Shown here one piece after another: positions 48,230 to 58,166 of a DNA stretch of 64,000 nt. This DNA is from Candidatus Multivoradales bacterium. Its GTDB lineage: Bacteria; Acidobacteriota; Thermoanaerobaculia; Multivoradales; Multivoraceae. The translations under genes were made by a program, and so were the position numbers. The stretch lies in assembly GCA_965223325.1 (NCBI GenBank), contig CBDCWI010000002.1, positions 4,128,001-4,192,000 of the forward strand, in the 5' to 3' direction. Every line of letters begins with the position of its first letter. The first letter of the stretch is position 1. Under the pieces are notes generated by a model. It did no database searches, was not told the origin of the DNA, and saw only the letters and a list, made by a program, of their open reading frames with translations.

Positions 48230-48793
48230 TTGCGACTAACACACTTTCTCTTTGCAATCCTGCTGGTGCTTTGCGCAGTGGTGATCTGGATGTCCGCCGT
48301 GCCGGTGCCCGATGGTCCGACCGGTTGGGAACATCCCGACTATCCGGGCATGCGCCTCGGCGGAGAGGGCGAGGCGCGCTTTGAAACGATTGCGGCGCCG
48401 GCCTTTGCCTACGGCGTCTTGACGATCGTCTTCTTCGTCAGTCTGCTCGGCCTGGCGCTTCGTCCCAACCGTCGTCGTGCAGCCTTCCCTTGGTTGGCCG
48501 GGGGCGGGGCGCTTTGTGTGGCGGTGTTCATCGCTTTGATGACCTCCTACCGCAACTTTGCCGCCGACCGGGGAATGGGTGACTTTGTGCTGGGCTTTCC
48601 ACAGCCCAGCGCCATCATGCTCTATCTGCTGTGGCCGGTACCGCTGGTCTTCATGGCGCTCTACCTCTACTACTTCGACCGCTGGATCTGGTCGGCGGAG
48701 GACGAAGAGAAGTTCGCTGAACTCGCGGTGCGCGGGCGCGAACTCCGGATGGCCAGCCTGACCGGAACCCGAAACCCTGAGGACGACGCGTAG
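48230..48793 (+). CDS. Small membrane protein upstream of the symporter; start uncertain
   Basis: Four TM segments; abuts the symporter start. Confidence 0.7.
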   Translation: MRLTHFLFAILLVLCAVVIWMSAVPVPDGPTGWEHPDYPGMRLGGEGEARFETIAAPAFAYGVLTIVFFVSLLGLALRPNRRRAAFPWLAGGGALCVAVFIALMTSYRNFAADRGMGDFVLGFPQPSAIMLYLLWPVPLVFMALYLYYFDRWIWSAEDEEKFAELAVRGRELRMASLTGTRNPEDDA

Positions 48794-50275
48794 ATGGATC
48801 TCTTCGCGTTGCGCTCTGAAGTGGTGCTGTTTTGTGTCGGCGTCTACTTTGCGGTTTGCATCGGGGTGGGCATCTGGGCGCTGCGCCGCACCAAGTCGAC
48901 GCACGACTTCTTCATGGCCGGCCGAGACCTCGGCATCATGGTCACGGCGCTGGCGATCTTCTCGAGCACGCTGTCGGGCTTTGGCTTCGTCGGTGGACCG
49001 GGGTTGGTCTACTCGTTGGGCATGAGCTCGCTGTGGATGGTCGTGTGTGCGAGCTTTGGATACGTCATCGCCTTCTACCTGTTGGCCAAGCGCTTGCGCG
49101 TGTTTGCCGAGGTGCGCGAGTCGATTTCTCTTCCCGATGCGGTCGCGGCGCGCTACTCGAGTGAAGGTGCGCGGTTCTTCACTGCGCTTGCCATTCTGCT
49201 CGGGGTCATGGGCTATCTGGCGACGCAGATTCTCGCCATGGCGACGGTCCTGCAAGACATCCTGCAGCGCATCATCGGGCCGTTGTCGATTGAACTCTGC
49301 GTGGCGGCTTCGGTTGCAGTCCTGGTGTTCTACTGTGTTACTGGTGGCATCATCGCCTCGGTCTACACCGATCTGATTCAAGGCATCGTGATGATGTTCG
49401 CCGCGGTTCTGGTGCTGTTCGCGGCTGTCGCTGCCGTCGAGGGCGGCTTCGGTGGGATGAGTGAAGTCATTCGCTCTGATGATCCGGAAGCCATTGGGCC
49501 GTGGGGTACGGCGGGGGTCGTGGGCGCACTGTCGTGGTACTTCGTCTTCGGTCTCGGACTCGCCGGCCAGCCGCACATCGTCACCAAGATGATGATGAGC
49601 CGGCGAGTGAGTGACGCGCGCTACGTACTGCCGATTTCGATCGCCGCCTACAGTGTCTCGGCGCTCTTGTGGATCAGTGTTGGCCTGGCAATGCGCAGCC
49701 TCGTGCTCGGTGGCCAGCACGCGGCTCTCGACAAGGCCGATGCCGCCGCGCCGGCTTTCCTCCAGGCCTATGCCCATCCGATTCTCGCCGGCGTAGTGTT
49801 CGCGGGCCTTCTGGCAGCGATCATGTCGACGGCCGACGGTTTCCTCAATATCGGTGCCGCGGCAGTGGTGCACGACATTCCAATGGCATTCGGGCGCTCG
49901 ATTCGTAACGAGCTGCTGGCTGCCCGTTCGGCAACGGTGGTGATTGCTGTGGTGGCGGCGCTGTTCGCGCTCTATGCCGATGACATGGTGGCGCTGCTCG
50001 GTGCTTTCGGGTGGGGCACCTTTGCGGCGGCGCTGGTGCCGGTGGTGGCGATTGGTTTCAACTGGAAACGGGCAACAGCTAATGCGGCGATCGCCGCCAT
50101 CGTCGCCAGCCTGGTGGTCAACTTCGCCATTCGGCAGTACTCGATCCCGGTGCCGTTCGGTATTGACGGCGGGGCGGTAGCGCTCTTGATCTCGTTGACG
50201 CTGTTCTTCGGGATCTCACTGCTCTCGAAACCGCCGGAGTTGCCGGCGGACGTCGAGGCGGTGCTGGACCTCTAG
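48794..50275 (+). CDS. Sodium:solute symporter (PutP/PanF family)
   Basis: DFFMAGR, SGFGFVGGPG, YTDLIQG, GQPHI, AAIMSTAD. Confidence 0.92.
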   Translation: MDLFALRSEVVLFCVGVYFAVCIGVGIWALRRTKSTHDFFMAGRDLGIMVTALAIFSSTLSGFGFVGGPGLVYSLGMSSLWMVVCASFGYVIAFYLLAKRLRVFAEVRESISLPDAVAARYSSEGARFFTALAILLGVMGYLATQILAMATVLQDILQRIIGPLSIELCVAASVAVLVFYCVTGGIIASVYTDLIQGIVMMFAAVLVLFAAVAAVEGGFGGMSEVIRSDDPEAIGPWGTAGVVGALSWYFVFGLGLAGQPHIVTKMMMSRRVSDARYVLPISIAAYSVSALLWISVGLAMRSLVLGGQHAALDKADAAAPAFLQAYAHPILAGVVFAGLLAAIMSTADGFLNIGAAAVVHDIPMAFGRSIRNELLAARSATVVIAVVAALFALYADDMVALLGAFGWGTFAAALVPVVAIGFNWKRATANAAIAAIVASLVVNFAIRQYSIPVPFGIDGGAVALLISLTLFFGISLLSKPPELPADVEAVLDL

Positions 50276-50311
50276 GTCCGCGTTCTTACAATCGACAGAT
50301 AGGAGATCAGG

Positions 50312-51163
50312 ATGGGCCTACTCGACGGCAAGGTGGCGATCATCACGGGTGGCGGAAACGGAATCGGCCGGGAGCACTGCCTTCTCATGGCAGCGCAAGG
50401 GGCCCACATCGTGGTCAATGACCCGGGTGGCGCGCGTGACGGCACGGGCAGTGACGACGTCGCCGACGCGGTGGTCAAAGAGATCGAAGCGCTCGGTCAG
50501 AAGGCGGTTGCCAACAAAGATGCGGTGGGCACCTTCGAGAGCGCCGAGGCGATCATCAAAACAGCGGTCGATGCGTTCGGGCGCGTTGACATTCTGGTCA
50601 ACAACGCAGGGATTCTGCGCGATCGCACCATTCTCAAGATGAGTCCCGACGAGTGGAACGCCGTCGTCGACGTCCACCTTTTGGGCACCTTCTCCTGCCT
50701 GCAGGCAGCTGCCCGCCAGATGGTCGAGCAGGGTGGCGGTGGTCGCATCATCAACACCAGCTCGAGCTCGGGCCTGCTCGGCAACTTCGGCCAGTCGAAC
50801 TATGGTGCGGCGAAGGCCGGGATTCACGCCTTGACCCGCATTGCCGCCTGGGAGTTCGCCAAGCATCGAATCACCGTCAATGCTCTTGCGCCCAACGCCT
50901 TGACCCGCATGACCGAGGACCTGCCGGGAATCCAGGCGGGTGGCTATACCGAGGAGAACATGGGGCCGCAGTACATGGCGCCGATCGTTTGCTGGCTGGC
51001 CTCCGACGAGGCTGCCGCGGTAACCGGGCAGACCTTCGGCGCCGACGGCAACCATCTCTTCACCTACAAGATGATGACCAGCCACGGCGTCACCAAGCGT
51101 TCCGGAGGGCCTTGGGATCCGACGACCCTCGGGCCAATGATGGACCGCATCGTTTCCTGGTAG
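50312..51163 (+). CDS. SDR oxidoreductase (3-hydroxyacyl-CoA dehydrogenase-like)
   Basis: TGGGNGIG, NNAGILRD, YGAAK. Confidence 0.92.
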   Translation: MGLLDGKVAIITGGGNGIGREHCLLMAAQGAHIVVNDPGGARDGTGSDDVADAVVKEIEALGQKAVANKDAVGTFESAEAIIKTAVDAFGRVDILVNNAGILRDRTILKMSPDEWNAVVDVHLLGTFSCLQAAARQMVEQGGGGRIINTSSSSGLLGNFGQSNYGAAKAGIHALTRIAAWEFAKHRITVNALAPNALTRMTEDLPGIQAGGYTEENMGPQYMAPIVCWLASDEAAAVTGQTFGADGNHLFTYKMMTSHGVTKRSGGPWDPTTLGPMMDRIVSW

Positions 51164-51229
51164 CCCCCCGGTGAAACGCGGGAGTTGAGCGACCCGGCCA
51201 CCGACGGCTCGGAGGCCGGCTCTCAATGC

Positions 51230-51577
51230 CTACTTGATGAGCCGCATCGTGTAGGGGTAGCGGTAGGTGACACCTTCGTTGGCCTTTACTCCGCCGATGA
51301 TAGTGAAGATCAGGGCACCGATCGCCAGGATCGGGAGCAGAATGAAGCCAACCAGAACGATCATCAACAGGGCTGCGACGAGAATCGCCAGGCTGGCGGT
51401 GATCTGAAAGTTCAGCGACTCGCGCCCCTGGTCGTCTACGAACGGCATCTCGTCCTTCTTGAGCAGCCAGATCACCAACGGGCCAATGATGTTTCCGAAC
51501 GGAATAACGAATCCAGAGAGCGCCGCGAGATGGGCGAACATCGCCCATTGGCGTTGGTCGGCAGCGACTTCATTCAT
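51230..51577 (-). CDS. DUF4870 membrane protein
   Basis: WAMFAHL, GPLVIWL, ESLNFQI, YRYP; AGGAG RBS. Confidence 0.88.
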   Translation of the reverse strand: MNEVAADQRQWAMFAHLAALSGFVIPFGNIIGPLVIWLLKKDEMPFVDDQGRESLNFQITASLAILVAALLMIVLVGFILLPILAIGALIFTIIGGVKANEGVTYRYPYTMRLIK

Positions 51578-51810
51578 GTCGACTCCTTTTGACTTCGAGG
51601 TGTAGGCGCTCGGTGGCGGTCTGGTGCCCGAAAGAGCAGCGCTACCGCGCATGGGCCCCGGCCGGCTGATCCTATCCTGCTGCCTCTCTGCTACCCTGAC
51701 TTTTCGCCACTTCCGACCGAACACCCACCGAGACACCCACCCTTCTCGCCCGCCGGCCTCTCCTGGCTGAGCTTCGGATTCGGCAGGCCTGAAGGAGGAG
51801 GAACAGCACC

Positions 51811-54108
51811 ATGGCACCCTCATTCCTGGTCACACGAACACAGAGACCCGCGCGGCGAACCCTCACGGCTCTAGGGGCTATCTGCGGCGCGCTGTTGCTT
51901 GCCGGTTGCGACCAAGAGGCCTTGCATGTTGCAGGCAAGGCACCCGCACCTGCCGTTGACTCGGCCGAGGAGCTGGCAGCCGCGGTCACGATCTATCGCG
52001 ACGAGTGGGGTGTCCCGCACGTCTACGGCCCGACCGACGCGAGTGTCGTTTTCGGGTTCGTCTACGCACAGGCGGAAGACAACTACTGGCAGATCGAAGA
52101 CTCGATGATCCAGGCCCTCGGTCGGTCGGCCGAGGTCTACGGCGAAGCCACCCTTGGCGCCGATCTGCTCAACCGGTCGCTCGAGATCGTGGCACTTTCG
52201 AAAGCGGAGTGGGAGCGCTCCCCGGCCCACATGCAGGACCTGGCTCGCGCCGGTGCAACCGCGCTCAACCACTACCTGGCGACCAGCGGCACGGATTCGC
52301 GCCTGATCGAAACCTGGGAACCGTGGCACTTTGCCGCCTGGTCCCGCTTTGCGGTCTACCAGTTGTTCGTCTTCAACCGTGCTCGCCTGAAGCAGGAAGA
52401 GATGCAAGCGGCGGTTCATCCGCTCGAGAAGGTCGCGCAGGCAATGCCCGAAGAGGCGCCGGTCGGTTGGAGCGCCCACCGCGGCCCCCTGCTGGCCGAA
52501 GCAGCGGCGGTCACCGGCTCGAACATGTGGGCGGTGACTCCAGAGCGCAGCGAGACAGGCAACGCCCTCTTGTTCATCAACCCGCACCAGCCCTACTTTG
52601 GCCCCGGCCAGTGGACCGAGGGCCATGTGCACTCCGACGAAGGCCTGCACTTTTCGGGTGCTGGGTTCTTTGGAAGTCTCCTGCCGACCATCGGCCACAA
52701 CGAGCACCTGGGCTGGTCGCACACGGTGAACGCACCCGACATCGTCGACGTCTTTGAACTCGTCTTCGACGATCCAGAGCGTCCCGACCACTACCGCTTC
52801 GGCGACGAGTACCGCCCGGTCACCACCTGGACCGATACGGTCTCGGTCCTCACGGACAACGGTCTCGAAGCGCGCGAGTTCGAATTCCGCAGAACCCACC
52901 ACGGTCCGATCGTTGGCGTTCGCGACGGCAAGCCGCTGGCGGTGCGGATGGCGAAGTTCGAAGACGGTGGGCGCACCGAGCAGTACTACCGAATGGCCAG
53001 GGCGCGCAACCTCGACGAGTGGAAGAGCGCGATGTCGATGACTTCGCAGCCAATGTTCAACACCGTCTATGCCGATACCGGCGGCAACATTTTCTACGTC
53101 TACAACGGCGCCGTGCCGGTGCGTGATCCGTCGCATGACTGGTCGAAGCCGGTCGATGGTAGCGACCCTACGACGGATTGGCAGGGCTACCACTCCTTCG
53201 ATGAGCTGCCGCAGATCACGAACCCGTCGTCGGGCTACCTACAGAACTGTAATGCGACTCCGTTCCTGGCGTCAGCCGAGGGTGACAATCCAGACCCAGA
53301 TGACTTCCCTGCGTACATGGTCTCGGAAGACGACAACAACCGTTCGCGCATGTCGCGGCGCATTCTCGAGAGCGAGGAACAGTTTTCCTGGGAGGAATGG
53401 CAGCGCTACACCTTCGACACCCATGTGATCGAGGCCGAGACGACGATCCCTGAGCTGCGCGCAGCGATCGACAGCCGCCCGATCGAGGCCGGCAAACGCA
53501 AGCGGCTGGTCGAAGCGCTCGAACATCTCGAGGCGTGGGATCGGGTGAGCACGATCGACTCAACCGAGATGACGCTCTACTACGTCTGGCGCAACAACCA
53601 GCAGCGTGGCGGGATCAAAGACCCGGTCGATGCGCTTGCCGCCGCACTCCCCATGCTCGAAGCCGGCGGTTCCGGTTGGAAGGTCCCCTGGGGCGAGCTC
53701 AACCGCCTGCAGCGTCGCCATACCAGTGGTACCGAGCCGTTCGACGACGCAGTCGAAAGCCTGCCGGTTGCCGGTGGGCCGGGCAACCCGTTCGGCATCA
53801 TCTTCAACTTCTATTCACGCCCCGAAGAGGGGCAGAAGCGCCAGTACGGAGTCGCCGGGCACTCCTACGTTTCCGTCGTTGACATGTCGAAAGACGACCT
53901 GCGTGCCAAGTCGATCCTGGTTTTTGGCCAGAACTCCGACCCCGGTTCGCCCAATTGGTTCGATCAGAGCCGCCTGTTCGCCGAGCAGCAGTACAAGCCT
54001 GCCTGGTTCAATCGCGACGAGGTCGAGGCCAACACCGTGCGCTCGTACCACCCTGGTGAGGCACCCGAGGCGCATGGAATCGGCGACCCCGCGACCGGCG
54101 GTCCATGA
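51811..54108 (+). CDS. Penicillin acylase family Ntn-hydrolase (lipoprotein)
   Basis: IYRDEWGVPHV, YAQAED, nucleophile GSNMWAV, NPH, NCN. Confidence 0.92.
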   Translation: MAPSFLVTRTQRPARRTLTALGAICGALLLAGCDQEALHVAGKAPAPAVDSAEELAAAVTIYRDEWGVPHVYGPTDASVVFGFVYAQAEDNYWQIEDSMIQALGRSAEVYGEATLGADLLNRSLEIVALSKAEWERSPAHMQDLARAGATALNHYLATSGTDSRLIETWEPWHFAAWSRFAVYQLFVFNRARLKQEEMQAAVHPLEKVAQAMPEEAPVGWSAHRGPLLAEAAAVTGSNMWAVTPERSETGNALLFINPHQPYFGPGQWTEGHVHSDEGLHFSGAGFFGSLLPTIGHNEHLGWSHTVNAPDIVDVFELVFDDPERPDHYRFGDEYRPVTTWTDTVSVLTDNGLEAREFEFRRTHHGPIVGVRDGKPLAVRMAKFEDGGRTEQYYRMARARNLDEWKSAMSMTSQPMFNTVYADTGGNIFYVYNGAVPVRDPSHDWSKPVDGSDPTTDWQGYHSFDELPQITNPSSGYLQNCNATPFLASAEGDNPDPDDFPAYMVSEDDNNRSRMSRRILESEEQFSWEEWQRYTFDTHVIEAETTIPELRAAIDSRPIEAGKRKRLVEALEHLEAWDRVSTIDSTEMTLYYVWRNNQQRGGIKDPVDALAAALPMLEAGGSGWKVPWGELNRLQRRHTSGTEPFDDAVESLPVAGGPGNPFGIIFNFYSRPEEGQKRQYGVAGHSYVSVVDMSKDDLRAKSILVFGQNSDPGSPNWFDQSRLFAEQQYKPAWFNRDEVEANTVRSYHPGEAPEAHGIGDPATGGP

Positions 54109-55535
54109 CTCGTTGCCTGCTGGCGGCACTCGTTCCAGGCGTGCTGCTTGCGGTGAGTGTCGGATCGTCTGGTTGTCAGTCACCGGAGCATGAACCCACC
54201 ACCGCTCCGACAGCGGCAACCACTGCCGCATCGAACACCTCAGAGTTCATGCTCGGCGGCATTCAGATCAACGAGCCAGATGTCGAGGTCTGGCTCGATG
54301 GTCTCGAACGGGCAGGGCTGAACACCGTGTCGATGACGGTCTACGCGCGGCACGGCAAATGGAACTCTGCAGAACTCGAATGGGACCGCGACCCGAGTTG
54401 GTTGATTCCCGAGATCCGTGCGGCCAAAGCGCGCGGCATGTACGTTGTCCTCATCCCGCGCGTAGCCCTCGAGCACGCCCTGACCGAGAACCAGTTTCTC
54501 TGGCACGGGATGATCATGCCGGAGACTGACCGGGAGCTGGGGGAGTGGTTCGAGAGCTACGGCCAGTTCGTCGGCCTGTGGGCCGAAGTGGCGGAGCGTG
54601 AGGGAGTCGATCTCTTTGGCGTCGGCAGTGAGCTCAATGCCCTCGCCTCGAGCGTTCAGGTCGACGAGTTGCCGGCACTCGAGCAGTACTACCTCGATTC
54701 CGAGAAGCAGGCACGCGAGCGTGCACGCGCCGAAGCCGCTGCGAGTGAACTCGGTGCCGATTCGCTGGCCGGCAGGCTCAAGTCTGGCTGGGGGTCGACC
54801 TACGATGACCTGGGCGAGTTTCTCGACGGCCAGGGCGAGGCGCAGTTTCGCTGGGCAGAGGAGGTGACGTACGGCGGGGACCTCGGACGTTACAACCAGC
54901 GACGCTTGCTGCTCGACCGCTCCTGGCGGGAGCTGATAGCCGAGCTCCGCGAGGTCTACTCGGGCGATCTCACCTATGCCGCCAACTTTGACCAGTACTT
55001 TGCGGTCTCGTTCTGGGGTGAGCTCGATGTCATGGGGGTGAACGCCTACTTCCCGCTACGGCGTTCACTTTCGGTGCGCGACTCCGACGCCCTCTACGAA
55101 GTGTTTGTCGGCGCCTGGCGGAATGTCTTCGATGAGCTGGAGCGCTTCCGTACCGGTCTAGGTGCAGCTGAGATGCCGGTGGTGTTTACCGAACTCGGCT
55201 ATACGAGGCGGCGTGGCATGAGCATCGCGCCCTGGGCGGGAGCGGGATTCAATCTCGCCAATCTCGACGAGGGGTCTGATGGCTGGGAGAAACCCGCGGA
55301 GATGGTCGTGTGGCACAACGAACCCGAAGATGGTGCGGAACGGGTGCTTGCGGTTCGTGCGCTGTCGCATGCCGTTCGTGATCGCCCGGGTCTCCTGACG
55401 GGGCTCTTGTGGTGGAAGCTCTCGACCCTACCGGAGCAACAGGCAATCGAGGAGTTCTCACTCATTCTCGGAACCAAAGACCCACTCGAAGCCGAACTGC
55501 GCAGCTTCCGTTCGCCGGTGCCGCAGGCGCCATGA
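54105..55535 (+). CDS. GH113-like TIM-barrel glycoside hydrolase (lipoprotein)
   Basis: GSEL, TYAANFD, GVNAYFPL, FTELGY. Confidence 0.72.
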   Translation: MTRCLLAALVPGVLLAVSVGSSGCQSPEHEPTTAPTAATTAASNTSEFMLGGIQINEPDVEVWLDGLERAGLNTVSMTVYARHGKWNSAELEWDRDPSWLIPEIRAAKARGMYVVLIPRVALEHALTENQFLWHGMIMPETDRELGEWFESYGQFVGLWAEVAEREGVDLFGVGSELNALASSVQVDELPALEQYYLDSEKQARERARAEAAASELGADSLAGRLKSGWGSTYDDLGEFLDGQGEAQFRWAEEVTYGGDLGRYNQRRLLLDRSWRELIAELREVYSGDLTYAANFDQYFAVSFWGELDVMGVNAYFPLRRSLSVRDSDALYEVFVGAWRNVFDELERFRTGLGAAEMPVVFTELGYTRRRGMSIAPWAGAGFNLANLDEGSDGWEKPAEMVVWHNEPEDGAERVLAVRALSHAVRDRPGLLTGLLWWKLSTLPEQQAIEEFSLILGTKDPLEAELRSFRSPVPQAP

Positions 55536-56182
55536 ACGACTCCGAAGCAGCCACTGCACAGCGTGAGCTCCACGATGCGTACTGGGACCATGGTCCTCTG
55601 GTGCGTCTGGAACGGCACCTCCTCCTCGCCGGCCACCTCGCAGAGGACGTGCGCGCCGTTGGGCTGCGACTGAGCGCCCGCCTGGGGTTGCCGTTCTCGG
55701 ACACGGTCCGGTTCTCAGAGCACAAAAGTGGAATGTCGTTTGCGCGCCTTCTCAATCGCGTCGGAGAAGGGGAGCGCCGGGACGTTGAGGCACGCGCCCT
55801 GCGTTTTGCACTCACCGGTCGACCATTTGGAATCGTCGCCGTTTCGCCGCAGGCGCTTCTTGGGCGCAGCGATCGGGAGCTGGTTCGGCGGCGCGCCCAG
55901 CTGGTCGTTCTCGACCTCGACTTCGAGAGCTACCGCCGGCGGCTGGCTGTTCTCAAAGATCGTCGGCAGGTTGCCGAAGACGCGGCGCGCGCCGCGCACC
56001 TGGGTGGTGAAGTCGATCGCACGCCGCCCGCCGTGCAGGCCATCGAAACGCTCCACCGAGCGTTCCGTGAGCGCGTGCAGGCTTTCGACCAGGCGAGCTT
56101 ACGGTTCGAAGTGCGCGGTCTCGCTCCCGAGATCGTCGCCAGACGGTTGATGGAGGAGCTGCCGGCCCTTCGGTCGGCCTAG
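55532..56182 (+). CDS. Degenerate shikimate-kinase-like protein
   Basis: LS.RLGLPF.D, SGMS...GE..RR.VE pattern; P-loop not intact. Confidence 0.5.
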   Translation: MNDSEAATAQRELHDAYWDHGPLVRLERHLLLAGHLAEDVRAVGLRLSARLGLPFSDTVRFSEHKSGMSFARLLNRVGEGERRDVEARALRFALTGRPFGIVAVSPQALLGRSDRELVRRRAQLVVLDLDFESYRRRLAVLKDRRQVAEDAARAAHLGGEVDRTPPAVQAIETLHRAFRERVQAFDQASLRFEVRGLAPEIVARRLMEELPALRSA

Positions 56183-56195
56183 TTGTTGCCGTCCG

Positions 56196-57842
56196 TCAGT
56201 TCGCCGGCCTCCACTCACCGCGCGAGCAGAGCGCGGTTTCGAAGCGACCGAGGCCGTAGAACCAGACGCTTTGACAGCTTGCGCCGTCCGGGTTGCATTG
56301 ATTGGTGACGTATTCGAGGTGCTCGTTGTACATGTGGCCATCGTCGAAGACGCCGTTGGGGCAGGCCGTTGGTGCGGGTGGAGGCGGTGGTGGTGGCGGC
56401 TCGGTCGAACCGAGAAGGTGGTCGGCTTCCCAGAAGCCATCGCGACACAGTGCGGTGTCAAAACCCTCGAAGGAGGTGAACCATGTGTTGTTGCACGCTT
56501 GTTCGGCGACGGTGCAAGACACCAGGCCATCGACTGAGTCTGGGCAGGGCGCCGGCCGTGGAGTGGTTCCGGCCGGGTCACCACAGCTTTCGTCGATGAG
56601 ACCGCGGATCTCCTGAAGGTTGAGAAAACTCAGGTGACTGTCCGCGAGCTGTTCGGCTTGCCAGAGGTAGTCAGGTGCAACATCGCCAAGCGAACTGCCG
56701 TAGAGCTCGCCACCAACGACCAGGCCGTCGGCGTTGAGCTCGAGAATGTAGGTCAGCCGGTCAATGCGCTCAAACGAAGAAGCGGGCGTTGGGCTGACCG
56801 ACGGCTGCGATTCAGTCATCCAGATCAGATCCATCTCGACGTCCAGAAACGAGACCGCGTCGCCGTTGAAGATGTAGGCGCCGTTGGTCACGCCGAGCCG
56901 CGCCGCGGCTTGGGCAGCCGATACGGAGTCTTGACGGTTGATGCGGTAGCCCACCAGGGGTTGGTTCCAGATTTCTTCGCTTCGGATACGGTCGTAGATC
57001 AACGGACGGTCCTTGAGACCGAGAAAAGTCGTTACGACGACGTGAAAGGCACCGATGTTGGTGTCGAAACACTCCGAGTCGACGGGGCGGCCGAAGTCGT
57101 CGCGTTCGATGCCGCCGGCGCTGGCGCGACACGCGGCGCCTAGCCACATGCCACGGCGCCACGCTTCGTCGTAGGCCTGGATGAGGAGCGCTTCGAGGTC
57201 GCCGGTAAAGAATGTCACGCCGTTGCGTTCCACCGAGCCGCAGGGAGCACGTTCGAACAGTGCCGCCGGTGCCCAGGCGTGGCACAGGCCCCACCACGAC
57301 TCCATCGGCCATCCGGTCCATTCGGTTCCGTTGTCGATGAAGTCGCGAATACGATCGCGGTCGAGCTTGTTGCCGCGCAGGTTCGTCACCCAGTTGCCGA
57401 GAGGTCCGAGCACTTCGTGATAGCGCGTATCCCAGTCGGCCCAGTTCGAGCGCGTAAACGGCCGCAGGGAGGCGAAGTCTGTTGGCGGCGTCCAGCCGTT
57501 GAAGATCAGGTCATACTTCTCGGCCGGGGAGTACTCGGCGGTGCTGAGGCCCGGCTGACCGTCTGAGAACCAGCGCACATTGATCGTGTCCTGATAGAGC
57601 GGAAAGTACGAAGACGTCCACACCTCTTGCGACACGTGGGCGGTCCGCGGCACCCGGGTGGGGTCGCGCTCGAGACTGTGATTGAACCAATAGGGATTGC
57701 TGGTGCCATCCCAGGCGATGGCCTCGTGCTGGCGCTCGAGGGCGACGTCTTCACCGAAGGTCGAGCCAGCCGTCAGCAGGGCGAGGCAGACAATGGTGAT
57801 GGACGTTCGGCGGACGACGGCGGTCGCGGAGTTGTTCTTCAC
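56196..57842 (-). CDS. Transglutaminase-elicitor-family secreted protein; start uncertain
   Basis: SPAEKYD, WWGLCHAWAPAA, N.GAFHV, EIWNQP, YILELN..G..VGGE, PDYLW. Confidence 0.8.
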   Translation of the reverse strand: MKNNSATAVVRRTSITIVCLALLTAGSTFGEDVALERQHEAIAWDGTSNPYWFNHSLERDPTRVPRTAHVSQEVWTSSYFPLYQDTINVRWFSDGQPGLSTAEYSPAEKYDLIFNGWTPPTDFASLRPFTRSNWADWDTRYHEVLGPLGNWVTNLRGNKLDRDRIRDFIDNGTEWTGWPMESWWGLCHAWAPAALFERAPCGSVERNGVTFFTGDLEALLIQAYDEAWRRGMWLGAACRASAGGIERDDFGRPVDSECFDTNIGAFHVVVTTFLGLKDRPLIYDRIRSEEIWNQPLVGYRINRQDSVSAAQAAARLGVTNGAYIFNGDAVSFLDVEMDLIWMTESQPSVSPTPASSFERIDRLTYILELNADGLVVGGELYGSSLGDVAPDYLWQAEQLADSHLSFLNLQEIRGLIDESCGDPAGTTPRPAPCPDSVDGLVSCTVAEQACNNTWFTSFEGFDTALCRDGFWEADHLLGSTEPPPPPPPPAPTACPNGVFDDGHMYNEHLEYVTNQCNPDGASCQSVWFYGLGRFETALCSRGEWRPAN

Positions 57843-58166
57843 AGGTGGGGCTCTCCTAAGCACCTCGCGGCCTATCTCATCGTGAGTCGGATCGCCCGGA
57901 AGGGCGAAACCGTCGTCGAGGCGGCTGGTTGGCCCTAAGTCGACGCCGACTGGATTACGCGAGGAGAAGCAATGGGGACTGGAAGCTCCGATTGTAGACC
58001 TTCGGTCGAGGACTCGCGCGTCGATGAGCAAGAATGACAACTGAGCGACAGGGTCGCCCTCCGGAAAGCGGTGCTGGAGGTAGAATGATCTCCTGACCAG
58101 ATTGGCCGAAGAGTTTCGTCGTCTGCTGTCTCTTGTGATGTTCGTTGTCGTTCCGAGGGTTCCTCC

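Noticed and set aside
48236-53193. Long antisense ORFs (e.g. 48236-49873, 51871-53193)
   Set aside because: These are shadow frames of well-supported genes in GC-rich DNA.
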